Source: Thalia democratica (lineage: Eukaryota). From it: a stretch of 64,000 nt of DNA. Below, piece by piece: positions 23,111 through 35,984 of this stretch. Below the pieces are notes generated by a model, which searched no databases, had not been told where the DNA came from, and saw only the letters and a list, made by a program, of their open reading frames with translations. The position numbers and the translations under genes are program-made. Location: positions 67,642,001-67,706,000 of the forward strand of contig OZ241830.1 of the NCBI GenBank assembly GCA_965202585.1, read 5' to 3'. How positions within the stretch are numbered: position 1 is the first letter of the stretch; every line of letters begins with the position of its first letter.

Positions 23111-23399
23111 CCTCGTTACTCTGCTGGTCGGCACCCCTTTTAGTTATGACTTTGATGTACGAGTATGTGTGCTAGTACTTTTAAGTCATAACTCAACTCT
23201 CACTTAACTCAAAGTTAAGTTATAACAACTAATTTCACTCTAACGTTGTTTGAAAGATAACAGATATAAATTGCCCATGAGCGACTTGTTTTTAATTTAT
23301 GCTACTTTTACATAAACATTTTCTTCTCAAACTGTCCACATAAAGTGAGTGAATTTTACTAATAATTTGCATCAATTCTACGAGCTTTTCTTTTTCTGC

Positions 23400-26300
23400 T
23401 TTTTCCACATTAAACCCTTTAATTTTTTATATTTACCATAGTGTTGCGTCATAGTCCGGTATTCTCATTTTTATCAATTCATTAGGTTTTTGCTAATATA
23501 TGCAAGTTATATTTATAAACTACCTTTTAAAGCAAAAAACTTTCTAATAATGGCAGAGTAACATCAATTGTACCAAGCCCTACTAGTTTTTTTTTTTAAT
23601 GAATGATATTCTTACTCGTCCTTTAGTTAGATCAAAAAAACAAATTATTGTTTACTTGTACTTCACACTTCCGAGGTTACGTTGATCAACCTTTGTGTAT
23701 ATTTTTCTTTGTAAAATATTCACACAATTTGCTTTAATTTTTCGTTTTTATGTTTTAGTCTGTTGTAGTTACCTTGTTTGTTATTTATTGGTTGTTTATG
23801 CTTGCGAAGTATTATTTTTATTTATTTATTATTTTTTTATTTTATTCTTTATATTTTTATTTTCTTCTTTAGCCAAGTTTAACATTAGGTCATACATTTT
23901 TATTTTCTGAGTAAGCTACGTGGCGATTCTTTTACGTTGTTTTACAAACTTTATTTTTTCTTCACAAGTGTGAAATTCAAAAGTATTTTATGAAATTTTT
24001 TTTTTAATTGTTCAGATAACCCGTTTAAAGTAGGTACAAGCCCTAAATTTGAGCTACATCCTATTGGTCGAAGTACTTACTTAAGTACTGCAATAAAGTT
24101 AGTTTTAAGATTAAACATGCTTTCTGACTGAAGTACTAACTAATTTGTTGTATAGCTTGCCCTTACTAAAGAACTATACAAACACAGTTGTGCTAACATT
24201 TATGATACATTACAATGTTAATTTTTTACAGTAAACATGCCTAAAGTAAACTTATGTTTCAAGCGTAATCAGCTAAGTTAAAATTTTATAGTTTATACTG
24301 GTATTCTCGATTCTACGACTATTCTAAATTTAAAATTAGTGCGTAAAAGGTAAAGCTTAAAATATACTCAAATATGGTCATGTTACCGTAGTTTAAATAC
24401 ATTTCTTTTTTTTCGCTTGTAAAATTTTGCTTGAAGTCATTTTCATTAGACAAGTATTGGTTTAGAAGTTGACATAACCCAAAAGTAGAAAATATTATCT
24501 TATATTGTTATTAAATTAAGTATATTTTAATAAAAGACTCTAGAATTATCTCCCATGTACGGTAATTTCAGTCAATTTTGACTATAATTAAATATCTTTA
24601 ACAATTGATCTATTTAAAAATAAAAACAGATTGTACAGTAATCTTCCTTTATTGTACCAACATATGTTTCTGTGTGCGAATCAACACACTTCAACTGGGT
24701 TCTGTAAAAATATAATTACTGTAATAAAAGAATAGAAGCATAGAGTAAAGTAGGTGTATACAAGTTTTCATTAAAATGAAATATTTTCTACAGATAATAG
24801 TGAATAATAGGTAAAATACTTAATATTAAATCCGACTTAATATATAAAACTATATAATATTTGTGATTATTAAGTCTAAAATAAGTAAAGTAAACTAAAA
24901 TATTTAAAAATATAGTTTTCTTTCAAATGAAGTAAATTTTGAATAAATGTTTTAGCCTTCGCTCGACCGGTAGCATGATTTATAAAGTTAAAACTTGAAT
25001 TAAAATCGTATATGTCTTATATTTTATGGCTAGTATTGTGTTTTTACTATTTTGTTTGTATATCACGCAGTTTTCTTCATTTAAGATTTAGTTTATTTAG
25101 ACGATTAACATGTTTAACAGTTGATTTAAAAAACCTTTTGAATGATATCTCTTGAATTAGTCAAGTTTGATCATAATCTAACGTTTAAAGCTATTTGGTT
25201 TTATTTGTATTTTACTTAAGTTAAAATCACGACTTCATTTGATTGATTGTATTCTAAGTTTTTAGCGCTCTCATTCAGTTTTAATTAAAAAGTAAATTAT
25301 ATTGTACTTGAAACTTATTAGTAGTATTATACTAAGACTGATAGAGATATCCACGCACAACATTTATATATACAACAAAGTAAGATGTATTGTAAAACTA
25401 ACTTTTTCATTTAATTAAATATTTAATATTCTACTCATTACTGATTACGATCAACTGTACCAGGCTTGATCACTTTGTTATTATTAAACTTAACATTATA
25501 GCTTGTTGTTAATCGTACAGTAATTAAGTATTTGAATTTTTAGCATTTGTGTTTATTCTTCTTTCTAAAGTATACGTCCTTTAACACAATAAGCTTAATG
25601 CTTTTATTTATAACGTTTTGTTTTATTCTTCAGGTTTAATCTGTTGAGTTGCCTTGTTTGATAGGTTGTTTATGCTGCAAAATACTAAAATATAAATAAA
25701 TTGCTTTAAAATCTCATTAAAATATAAATTTATTATATTTATGCCTTTACTTTTTCGACTTAATTAAACACTTGATCTTTATGTTATTCAATTAAGTTTT
25801 TTGATTAAGATCCGTGGCGATTATTTTACGTTTTTTTACAAACATTTTGTTTCTTCACACGTGTGGATTTTGAAATCAATTTGAAAGCTTTCTTGGTTAA
25901 GTAAATTTTGACCATCTCTACTTATTTTAATGTTACAGGGTCCAGCTTCCTATTGTTTTAAAACTTAAATAGGATACACTGCACTCTTATTAACTCAATA
26001 TATTTTCTTAGTAATACTAAATTTTTCAGCTGTAGTTAACATCAAACTAAATACATAGTTTGTAAATTTAATTGTCTTTAAATAGAAACTGAGCTAAAAT
26101 TTTCCATATAGTTATATTATTCTCCTTCATAGTAATTCGTACTCAAATTTGGTACTCATTAACACTCTTTAAAATATGTACTGTTTTTCATAAGATTTTG
26201 TTAATTTTTTTATTATTTGTTATCATTAGTAAGTATTCTTATTTAGTGAAAAATTGTTATTATTCTCTATTAATAATCTTCGAACTACAGTCAGTTATTA

Positions 26301-29300
26301 GTGTTTTATTATTAGTTATCATCTTGTTGTGCTGGTTTTTATAATTTTTTAACCTTATTTCATTAACAATACTTATTTAAAGCTTTGTCAGTTTTTCAGT
26401 CTAGTTTCACGGTTCAAATAAGTCTTCTCAGTTTTGTATGCTTTTAATGAGCGTCTGTTTGATTTACTATTCTAAATTTATGAAAACTAATTATAAGTCT
26501 TCTGCTTGTTTTGCATTTTCATACTTTAAAACAATAAAGACAACTTGTTTTATCTGTGTAGAAATTATAGAGTTTCTCAAGACTGTTAAGTACGCATTTA
26601 AAGTAAGGTATGCTTATGGGCTTTATGTATGTACCCTAAACTTTTAACCCTTTACTTCTTATTTGTTTGGTTTATATGTTAAGTTTAAGGTGTGTTTTTG
26701 TTATGGTTTTCAACCAACTTAAACTAATGTAGATATATTGTTAACAATCTTAAAGTTTAAGTTTTATGCTTTGTTGTAGTTTATTGTAATTGTGAGTGAT
26801 TTTATCTCGTTTATAGTATTTATGTTTTTTAATAACAATCTAAAGTACTCCGTGTCAACTACTTTTAGTTATGAGCTTCGTTATTTGTATGATGCTTAAC
26901 ACCAAGTATGTCTCTACGCAAAAAAACCTGTAATTTGAAAATTATGTTAAGTTTGAGATGCTTTTAAACTTACTTTGGTAGCGGTAAAGTATTTTAGTCA
27001 ATTATTATTATTCAACTTTTAAGTATTTTACCTAAGTCTTTTTTTTATGTTTGCAATTAACCAAATAAGTTATGACTTGGAAGTACGAGTAAATGTGCTC
27101 AAACTTCCTAAGTGCAACTAAACTTAATTTCCACTACAAGTTAAGATATAACAGACTAATTTCACTCTAATATTGTATGAAAGATAACAGATATAAATTA
27201 CTCATGAACGACTTGTTTTTAATTTATGCTACTACTACTACATGAATTAATTTCGTCTCATTTTTTTCCATATAAAATTAAAGAATTTTACAAATCACTT
27301 GCATTAATTATGCGAAGTTTTCTTTTTCTGCTTTTTTCCACATTAAGTTCTTGAATTTTGTTAATAAGCAACAAAAGACCATGATGAATTTTTATTTTTT
27401 TGAGCTTGCAGATTATTACGTCATATTAAGGTAGTTTCCTTTAGATAAACTTACTATTTCTTACTTGTTTTAGATAATGTTTAGGTATGAAATGCTTTAT
27501 TGGCGAAGTACATACATGATACAAACATTAGCAGCACTAATTACATTAAGATTATAAGTAGTAATGGGTAATATTTATCTTTGTTAAACTCTTGTATATA
27601 AATATTTACGGTTTTCAACTATTAGTTATATTGTTATTTTTAAATTTCAGACTTCTTTAACAAATTATACACTTATTAATTGTTTAGTATTCCTAATATT
27701 ACAATTTGGTACACACATTTTTTTATATTCATGTTATATTACCTTACAAAACTAATACTCGAACTACAAATAAATCTTATGATTTTATCATTTATCATCA
27801 TTTTGTTGTGCTGGTTTTTGTTATTGTATCCAATGTTTTGCATTAAAATATATTTATTTTACTCTAAAATCAATGGATAACCTGTCTGTTTAAGTAAAAT
27901 GTTAATAATTCCTTACTATGATTTTTAAAGTCTAGTTTTATGGTCTTTGTAAAGTTGAATATATATTTACACTATAAAAGTGTTCCTACCCAAATAAGAA
28001 TAACAAATTGATAAAAATTTCATTTTAACCAACAACAATTATGCCAACTAAACAATAGTTTTTGTAGTACCATTTAAACAAAGTTTTTTTTTGTATGTAA
28101 GATAACTGTATTGTCTAAATGGCATAGACTTACTTTCAATTAGCTTGAAAACATTTAGTATCCTCATATTCATATGTTTTTGATGCGTGTATATTTTCTT
28201 CAAACTTTATATCTTATTTTTGCTTGCTTAGCCGTAATACTGCTTACATTTTAAAGTAATGAAGACATTTTTTCTACGTATGTTTTTATCGCCGATCTTC
28301 TTTTAAAATTTCTGACTATTTCTTACCAAAATAAAATTCTAACTTTCATTAGTTCTTATTTTTATATTTCTGTAACTATTTACGTTGTAGCATTCATTGT
28401 AAACAACACAATTATTTTTGCAAATCTTATGGGGTCGTAACCCATTGGATAAGTTTTAGTTTACAAAACCACATGGTTTAATAAACATGTTTTGCTTATG
28501 ACTTACCTTAAAAAAACTAAAACTTGATCATTTTTGAGTGATAATTTCGAAGATTATTTTATAACTTTTCTGCAGTTCCTCTCGAATTGATAGCGTTTGT
28601 TTATAAAGTCTAGTTCGTTAATGTAGTTTAATTTTGTTTTTTGTAGTTAAATTCTACTCTCTGTCCAAGTATAAATTGAATAAAATAAAGTAAATTTTCA
28701 GTTTTTGTCGTTGTTTAGCTTTTACTAGTCTTTCCGATGATTTAAGTTTTAATTTAACAATTTCTGAGATTTTTAGATTTTCAATCTCGTTGAATATTGA
28801 AATCAGTAATTAGTTTGTTGTGCTTTCTAAAAATTTTTGTTCTTAAATTAATTTAAGTTTTTAATACAGTTAATTACTGCCATCATATAATGAGCAAATA
28901 TTTAAAATACAAAGTTTAATATTCATACTGTGGTTTTTAGTATTATAAGCTGGATATTTATTACAAACTGTGCATATCTGTAGTAAATAATCCCGATACT
29001 ATACTCTTAATCAAGTTCAACGATACTATGGAAGTAATTCAGAGTGACATTGTTGTTTTATGTTGTTGCTATGGGTTTCTTGAATTAATCTTGTTTGCAC
29101 GTTCTATCGTCGCCTGTTAAAATTCAATGTCTAAAACAATTTTTATTTTGTGTTATTTGCATTAGTTTGTTGCCTAAAATATAACAAATTTAAATACACT
29201 ATTTAAGGGATAAATTTGTTAGTCATGTATTTTTATTTTGATACATAAATGACATACTTATTTCTTAAAAAATTAATTTTTATTTGTGCAGTTACAAGTT

Positions 29301-31800
29301 TTGTTCTTACCTTTGTTTTATTTTTGTTTGCATTGAACACTATTTTTATATCTTTCTCAGGTTCTATTGTATGTTTTTGAAAACTTTATTTCTTGTGTTA
29401 ACCGTATCTTATTTGTTGTCGAATATACGTTGTAAATTAAGCTTGAGTGTGCATTTTTTTGTGCATCTTAAAGCCATTTTATAATCTTTTTTGTACCAGT
29501 TCATGATTTTAGATACTTTAAGTTTTAATTTGATAACTTCTGAGATTTTTATGTTTTCAATATCGTTAGATATTGAATTCATATCTGTGATAAATCAGTA
29601 TTTAGTTTGTTGTGCTTTCTAAAGATTTTTGTTCTTAAATTGATTTAAACTATAAGTTTTTAATACACTTAATTACTGCCATCATATAATGAGCAAATAT
29701 TTAAAATACTAAGTTTCATATTCAAACTGTGGTTTCTAGTATTATAAGCTGGATATTTATTACAAATTATGTATATTTGTAGTAAATAATCCTGATATTA
29801 TACTCTAAATCAAGTTCAACAATACTATGGAACTAATTTTTTGTGACATTGTTGTTTTACGTTGTTGCTAAAGGTTTCTTGAATTAATCTTATTTGTACG
29901 TTGTATCGTCGCCTGTTAGAATTCCATGTCTAAAACAATTTTTATTCTATGTAATTTGCATTAGTTTTTTGCCTAAAATATAACAAGTTTAAATAAACTA
30001 TTTAGAGATTTTGTAGCCGTTTAGATTTCACTTTACTTTGCTTTTGCTAAAAAGATTAATTGAATTTCTTTAATCAGCTGAGTAACTTATTTTTGTATAT
30101 ATGCTAACAGTTACTTTTTTACATCTTTCAAAAATACGTAGAATATTTTAATAACTCTTTGATTACTGATTGAGGTTCATATTCAACACGCTCGATATAG
30201 TTTTTACAATGTGTTGTGGATATTAGTAACAATTGCCAATGGACCATAACTTTTTATCTTAACTAATGTTTAAAAACTTGGTCTTAGTTTTATTTTCACT
30301 GCTTATAAAATGATTATTTTATCATTAAAATTAATCTTAGATCTTTATTTGAATTCATTTTATGTACCACGTTCTTATGCAATTTTTTTATCAAATCCAA
30401 AAAAGAGAATTTCTTGTAAACTGTGTCCAGTATACAAAATTAGGAAAATATAGAATACTAAGTAGAGTGACGTAATAATTAGAAATGACATCATGATTGA
30501 TAGTATACTAGTTTTAATAGTATCTAGCTTGTATTAATACTAAAAAAACTTATAAGTTTTCCAACATTTGAAGAAATACTTGACATATGTATAGCCTGAC
30601 AACTGTGCTACATTTTACTAAATACGACAGATAATAAAAACCTCATTTAGATAAAACAAGTACTGTTAAGTAAGGTTGCCATATTTTTAAAAATTGATTT
30701 TGTACTAATTTCGAATACGTTTGGTTTTAGATGATTGAATTCTGGCAACTACGCTTTAAAGCTTCAACTTGAAAGTTTTGGTTTGTTGCCTATGTTGCCT
30801 AAAAATAATAGTCGAGTTGTATATCTATTTATTTTTGTCAAGTTAGTTAAAAGTTACTTTTTTTGTTGCTGAAACTTTTTTTCGTTTAAACCTTTAGCAA
30901 AATTGTACTTATTTCCGATAGGGAGAGCTAGTTCTTACGAATTTTAGAACATTGTGAAACTATGTGAACAGTCTAACAGCCATTCAGTTTTTAATAACTG
31001 CAATTGTACTACACCTGATGAGTTTGTAATTCAACAGCTTCTGTTTTTATTGATTATGTTAACCTAATATACTCCTATTAGTTTTATAAGGTTAAGAGTC
31101 ACTTATAAGTTTTAAACGATAGTTTTTATGAGTAACTAACTAGTACATTTTTTTTTATATTCAAGCTAACTATAACTTTAGCTGTTAAACTATGAATTAT
31201 AGTTAAAAATATTATTATATCAATAGCTGACTTATACTAACAGTTTTTAAATGATTAAAATATACTTTAAGAGGCTGACCCTGTTTTCCATTTGTTTTAA
31301 TTCTTATTTTAAATCAGTATTTAGTTTATATTTGTTCATAATTAAAGTTCTCAATATTATAAGTGTTCAAGTCCGCACACCGGCACGATTTTTGATAGAG
31401 ATTAACTGTTTTTTTAAATTGATATTCTGTGAGCTATTATAAAAATAAGATAATAAACAATAAAACAACTTTGTTACTATGATAAAGATCATGTAAAGAT
31501 TGAAATATTGTAAACAATATTGTAGTTTAACAAATGTTATCAAATTCAACTCGTGATCTCGGAGTATATTCAGTATATTGATTTGCTTTTTTCTTTTGGG
31601 CTTATGTATCAACTGAGCTTGATGTACTCCGGGCTACTTAGGTCTCTAGCTTTATTTGAAACCACATCTGAAAGAGATTCGGCAGTTTCGACAGGAGCCA
31701 GATTCGCAATAGCTTCAGGCCCATCTTTATCTTTAGTTGCTACCTCTGTCTGCGACCGAGTGCGAGAGGGTTTAAGAGCTAATAGCCTCTTCATTTTACT
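23400..31800 (-). pseudogene. Array of decayed paralogous coding modules, family unrecognised (unit 1)
   Basis: Paralogous segments conserve minus-strand peptides with synonymous changes: HTCEE..FVK.RK.IAT and HKQPI..KQGN.NRL (~23.8k vs ~25.7k); LKPNVF/ATLLN.TC/CSTVVRL (~30.7k vs ~60.8k and ~61.7k); HSEL.H.IVELD.EY (~29.0k, 29.8k, 60.0k). Many stops and frameshifts. Confidence 0.6.
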
Positions 31801-32306
31801 TATAAGATTAGTTTAAATATAGACTAACAAGTATTTATATGCTTTATTATACAACAAAATAAAAGGCACATTAAGAAGTGTTTACTACTTTCTAAGGCTT
31901 CTTGCAGTTCGCGATTCTAGTTGTGCTGTAACAAATGGTTGCTCGTACAGTTTACTGGTTCAGAACGTAGGGACTTATAATTCCTCGTTGACACCGGCTG
32001 AAGAGCGCGCGAGATGAAAAGATACAATATTGAAGTTAAGAAGAGAAAGATAGATGCAATAAGTTTATGCCACCGAATGTGTGGGCTTATACGTAGAGTT
32101 CAATGTTCAAATTGACCCAAACTGGAATTTGTTGCTGGAGTATGTCTGCTACAGTATGCGTAAACTTATGAGTATGGCACGTTAACAACTCAAATCGACG
32201 TTGCTAAAGTAGGTATACAAAATGTGTATAGAACAAAGTATAAAAACTACGAAGTTATGAAGTAAAGTACAAAGTAAATGTTTTAAAAAAGCAAATACTT
32301 GAATAA

Positions 32307-32430
32307 GAAGGTTTTGGCGGAGATCATCTAGATTTTTTAAGATGGTAGCTTATGCTCAAAGCGTCAAGAGAGGTTTTGACGGGGATCAGCTAGATTTCCA
32401 AAATGGCGGCTTACGCTCAAAGCGCTAAGT
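32307..32430 (+). promoter_or_regulatory. Two 62-bp repeats with YY1-like AAAATGGCGG motif
   Basis: ggttttggcggagatca...aagatggtagcttatgctcaaagcg / ggttttgacggggatca...aaaatggcggcttacgctcaaagcg; motif at 32400-32409. Copy at ~63367-63490. Function is inferred only. Confidence 0.4.
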
Positions 32431-32550
32431 GACGTGAAGCTGCTTTCTTCTTGACATGAAGTCGGTAAAACTTGCTATTTCATTCGCTCGGCTGCTTATG
32501 TACACCTCGATTAAATAACAGTTCCGCATGATCAAGTTTCGCATGATAAA

Positions 32551-32850
32551 TATACTAATCATTATGAATATAAAGTTTAATTTACCTCAAGTTAAACAAT
32601 TTACAAGATACCCCATAATCAAGTATCACAAAATATACTTGAAATTTAAATTAAATTACAAACGAGATTCATTCAAATTGCACCAGGCATTATTTTTTTG
32701 ATAACAGTATACTAATCATTATGAATATAATGTTTAATTTAGACCTTAAGTTAAACGAATTACGAGAAGCTCAACAATCAAGTATCACAAAGTATAACTA
32801 AAATTCAAATTAAATTACAAACGAGATTCATTCAAATTGCTATGAGCACA
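32551..32850. repeat. ~157-bp tandem repeat, 2 units
   Basis: tatactaatcattatgaatata...tcaagttaaac...aaattacaaacgagattcattcaaattg starts at 32551 and 32708. Confidence 0.9.
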
Positions 32851-33040
32851 TTTTTATAATAACGTAAATCACGTGAAAGTATTGTGTTAGACAAACAATA
32901 GTTTCTTTGTAAGTATATTTGAAATGAAAAGTACAATAACCATTTATAATATAGTTATTTTTAAATTAATTTACTTTAAATTAAAGTTTTTTGTTAACGT
33001 ATTATTGAAGATTTATGTTTGAATAAGATTTATTATTTAA

Positions 33041-33075
33041 GCGCTGACGAGGTTTTTGACCGAAACATAGTTTGC
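33041..33075 (+). ncRNA. Minimal type I hammerhead ribozyme motif, copy 2
   Basis: Identical 35-nt core GCGCTGACGAGGTTTTTGACCGAAACATAGTTTGC, while flanks show substitutions relative to unit 1. Confidence 0.7.
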
Positions 33076-35250
33076 ATGATATAATCTTGAAAGAACAAAT
33101 ACATTATTTCTCTTCTAGTAGTTAAGATCTCTTTATTTGTTTTATAAAAATCGAAGCATATAATATTATATTAACATTATATACTAGCGTTGAGGATCAA
33201 TTTAAAATCGATGCGTAATTCAGCGATTGTTAAGCTGTTCTGTGAGCGGGAGGTTGTGAGATAGAGTCCACTAGTCACAGTTTGACCCTTCGTGCAATTT
33301 AGACCCGTTCCCAAAATAACTACGTTCAACTTGGCTCAAATGTAGCTAAAAACATTGGAAACAGAAATCAATAGTGTTATTGGTAAATCTTCAGATACTT
33401 TCTCTCGTTTAACTGCACTAGTTTAAAACATACCAGTTAGCTATAAATCTTTTGCACAGCAGTTTTGTTAAAATGTTCGAAGTACAAATTAAACGAACTT
33501 AAACTGTCAAAGTAATTATTTATAAGGTCGATCAAAGCATTAATATTAAATTTTGATATTTGTTAGGTAATATGTTTTTATAGAGACATTATAAACTTTC
33601 GTAAAATTTTTGTAAAACATACGTTTAATACTTTAAAATTAATTTTGAGCACATATTTTAGTATAATCATTTCGGTCTAAAATTTTAACTGTTTTAAGTA
33701 GTTATTAAAAGGTTTATTACAGTATATAAGGGTTTAATTATTAGTGTTCAATACTACTATATAGTAGAATAATTTTCGAAAAAGTTTTATCTATAATGTA
33801 TCTCATTTAATTTGTCTTGAATAATATTTAATGTAATTTTAACGACAAGATGTGTTTAACTATCAACTTACAACTAAGAACAAATCTCGAGAATAAATTA
33901 ATAACCTTTTACAAACCGTCTATTTTATAAGCTAAAACTCGTTACTCAAACATTTTTTTATTGCTAAAAGCTATCAAATTAAGTTTTAATTTGACCAATC
34001 AACTAACTAAAGTATTTGGTTATAGAATACTGACAAATAAGTGCTACGTTTAAGTACCTCTCTATAACATAAGTGTAATTTTTTTAGTTTAATACCAATA
34101 GCTAATTCTATAAATTATTTCACAAGTGCAAATATCTAAAGTTTTAGAGATACAAAATATTTATTAGTTACGATTTAATTTTTGTACTTGTTTAAAAAAA
34201 AAGTTATTAGTTACTACTTTTGTATAGCTGAAAAAATGTACTTTGCACAAATAATTTAGTTTTACAAATTTTTAGCTTAATTTTTTTTTCTCTTCTTGAA
34301 ATTATTCAAAAACGTTTTGAAATTAGTTTTAAGTTTAACATTTTTAAAAATTAATTTTAAGCTAAGAAACTATGGATCCGCTTGCGACTTGGAACTTTTT
34401 TTTTAAACCGATAACCTTTAGTTATCTCTTTGCTGCATTTTAAATTTTTATAAAGTTCACATCTAACTAACTTTTTGGTAAGGACTCAATACATCAGAAG
34501 ATTTCTTATAATTATTTATTAGCTATAAAATACTAAGCCAATAATAAAAAGCTTTGTTTTTAATTAAATGTTTACATTGTTAATAACTTTTCAGATCAAA
34601 ACATTTTATTTATGCTCATCTATGTTAATACCATGTAGAACTGTTCACAAAACACTAAGCTGTCTTCCGTATTTTTATTAAAAAATTTACTGTTTTCTTT
34701 CAAAGTCAAAATGAAAATTGTACTTCTAAAATTGATTTATCTGCAGATTAAAATAGTCTTTTAGTTTTACAGAAAAAAGGAAATTATCTGGAAAACGTTT
34801 TGTAACTAAAATGCTGCCAATAATAATTAGTAGTATATTTACTATTTGCATACTTGAAAAATGACAGTTAGAAAAACATTCAAAAAATTAACTTAAAAAC
34901 TTATAATTAAATGCGGCTGTAGTTTTTAAGTTTAAGACAGAACAGGTAAAACTAATATCATATTGAAATGTTTACTATTCTTAAATTTAGTATGCAGCTT
35001 TATTACTGTTTATTTTCGTATTCGTCTTTTTTTTTTTTCGACAGACTGACAACGGACAATTCATAGTAAAGAAGATCGATGGTTTGAATAATTAAGATGA
35101 GTTCGTTGCAAATGAAAACATAACAAGATATTTGATTGCACTCGAAAGAGTAGAGAAAAGTAAAAATATCTAATTTTATTTGTTGCTTAAATAATACAAG
35201 TTTTTTTTAAATTGCGTTACTTAAAAATTTCTAACTGACTAACAACGGAC

Positions 35251-35984
35251 CAAATTTTAACCGAGTGGTTTGTTTGAAAGGAGAAATTTATGCAATAGCA
35301 GCAGGTAACTACATGTTTAAGGAAGACAAAACTACCATCGAAAAATACATTGCAAAAACGAATACTTGGGAGAAAGTTTCACAAATAGACGACAACGGAG
35401 GACGAAGTTCATTTTGCTGCTGCGCTTTCATGAACGAAATATATTTACTAGGCGGCTGTTACCGATGGTACGTGACCGACTCCTGCTTGAAGTTTGACGC
35501 AACAAGCCGCGCTTGGAAGGGAGTCACGGAGATGAGCGAAGCGCGCCAGCATGCGGCGTGCGCCGTTTTCCAAGGAAGAATCGTGGTTTGCGGCGGGGAA
35601 GATGACGAAGAAGAAAATTACTCGGAAACGGTTGAGTCGTATGACGTCATCACCGACACTTGGTCGCCGATGCCCAGCATGATGGAAAGCAAAAGCAGGC
35701 ACAGCGCAGTTGCGGTGAGAAGCAAGTATTACGTCATCTGCGAACACGATTTTTGCGAGGTCTTTGACAGCGTTTGTAACAAGTTTGTTGCCTTAAAAGA
35801 ACCGAATCTAAAGTTTAGACGAATGAGTAGAGCTGTTTCATTTGGCAGTAAAATTTTTGTGTTTCGTTTTACTTAACCTAGTTTGGTTGTTTATGATGTT
35901 GATAAAGACGAGTGGTCGGAGGAACTGTGTGAAATTACCAAAAATGTTCAATGCTTTTCCTGTACAGTTGTACCATTTTGTTAA
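35251..35984 (+). pseudogene. Kelch copy C (5'-truncated, nonsense)
   Basis: Begins mid-exon (caaattttaaccgag) directly after the ctgactaacaacggac motif. CAA>TAA at 35874-35876; the frame beyond reads PSLVVYDVDKDEWSEELCEITKNVQCFSCTVVPFC*. Confidence 0.9.

Larger units (their letters stand above)
1..32875. repeat. Large tandem segmental repeat, unit 1 (~32.9 kb)
   Basis: Start of the window (taaaagtgttgtgttagacaaacaa) recurs at ~32876 (gaaagtattgtgttagacaaacaa). Kelch, GTF3C3 exons, MITEs and terminal repeats recur in the same order and orientation. Confidence 0.95.

Noticed and set aside
23695-29484. Plus-strand hydrophobic F/L/I/Y-rich ORFs (23695, 26438, 27680, 29284; also 58911)
   Set aside because: Artefacts of T-rich composition; the coding signature in this region is on the minus strand.
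31365-31390. GTTCAAGTCC B-box/tRNA 3' half
   Set aside because: No T-stem pairing or upstream A box, and mutated in unit 2.
32551-32850. Tandem repeats as a CRISPR array
   Set aside because: No unique spacers, eukaryotic context and no cas genes.
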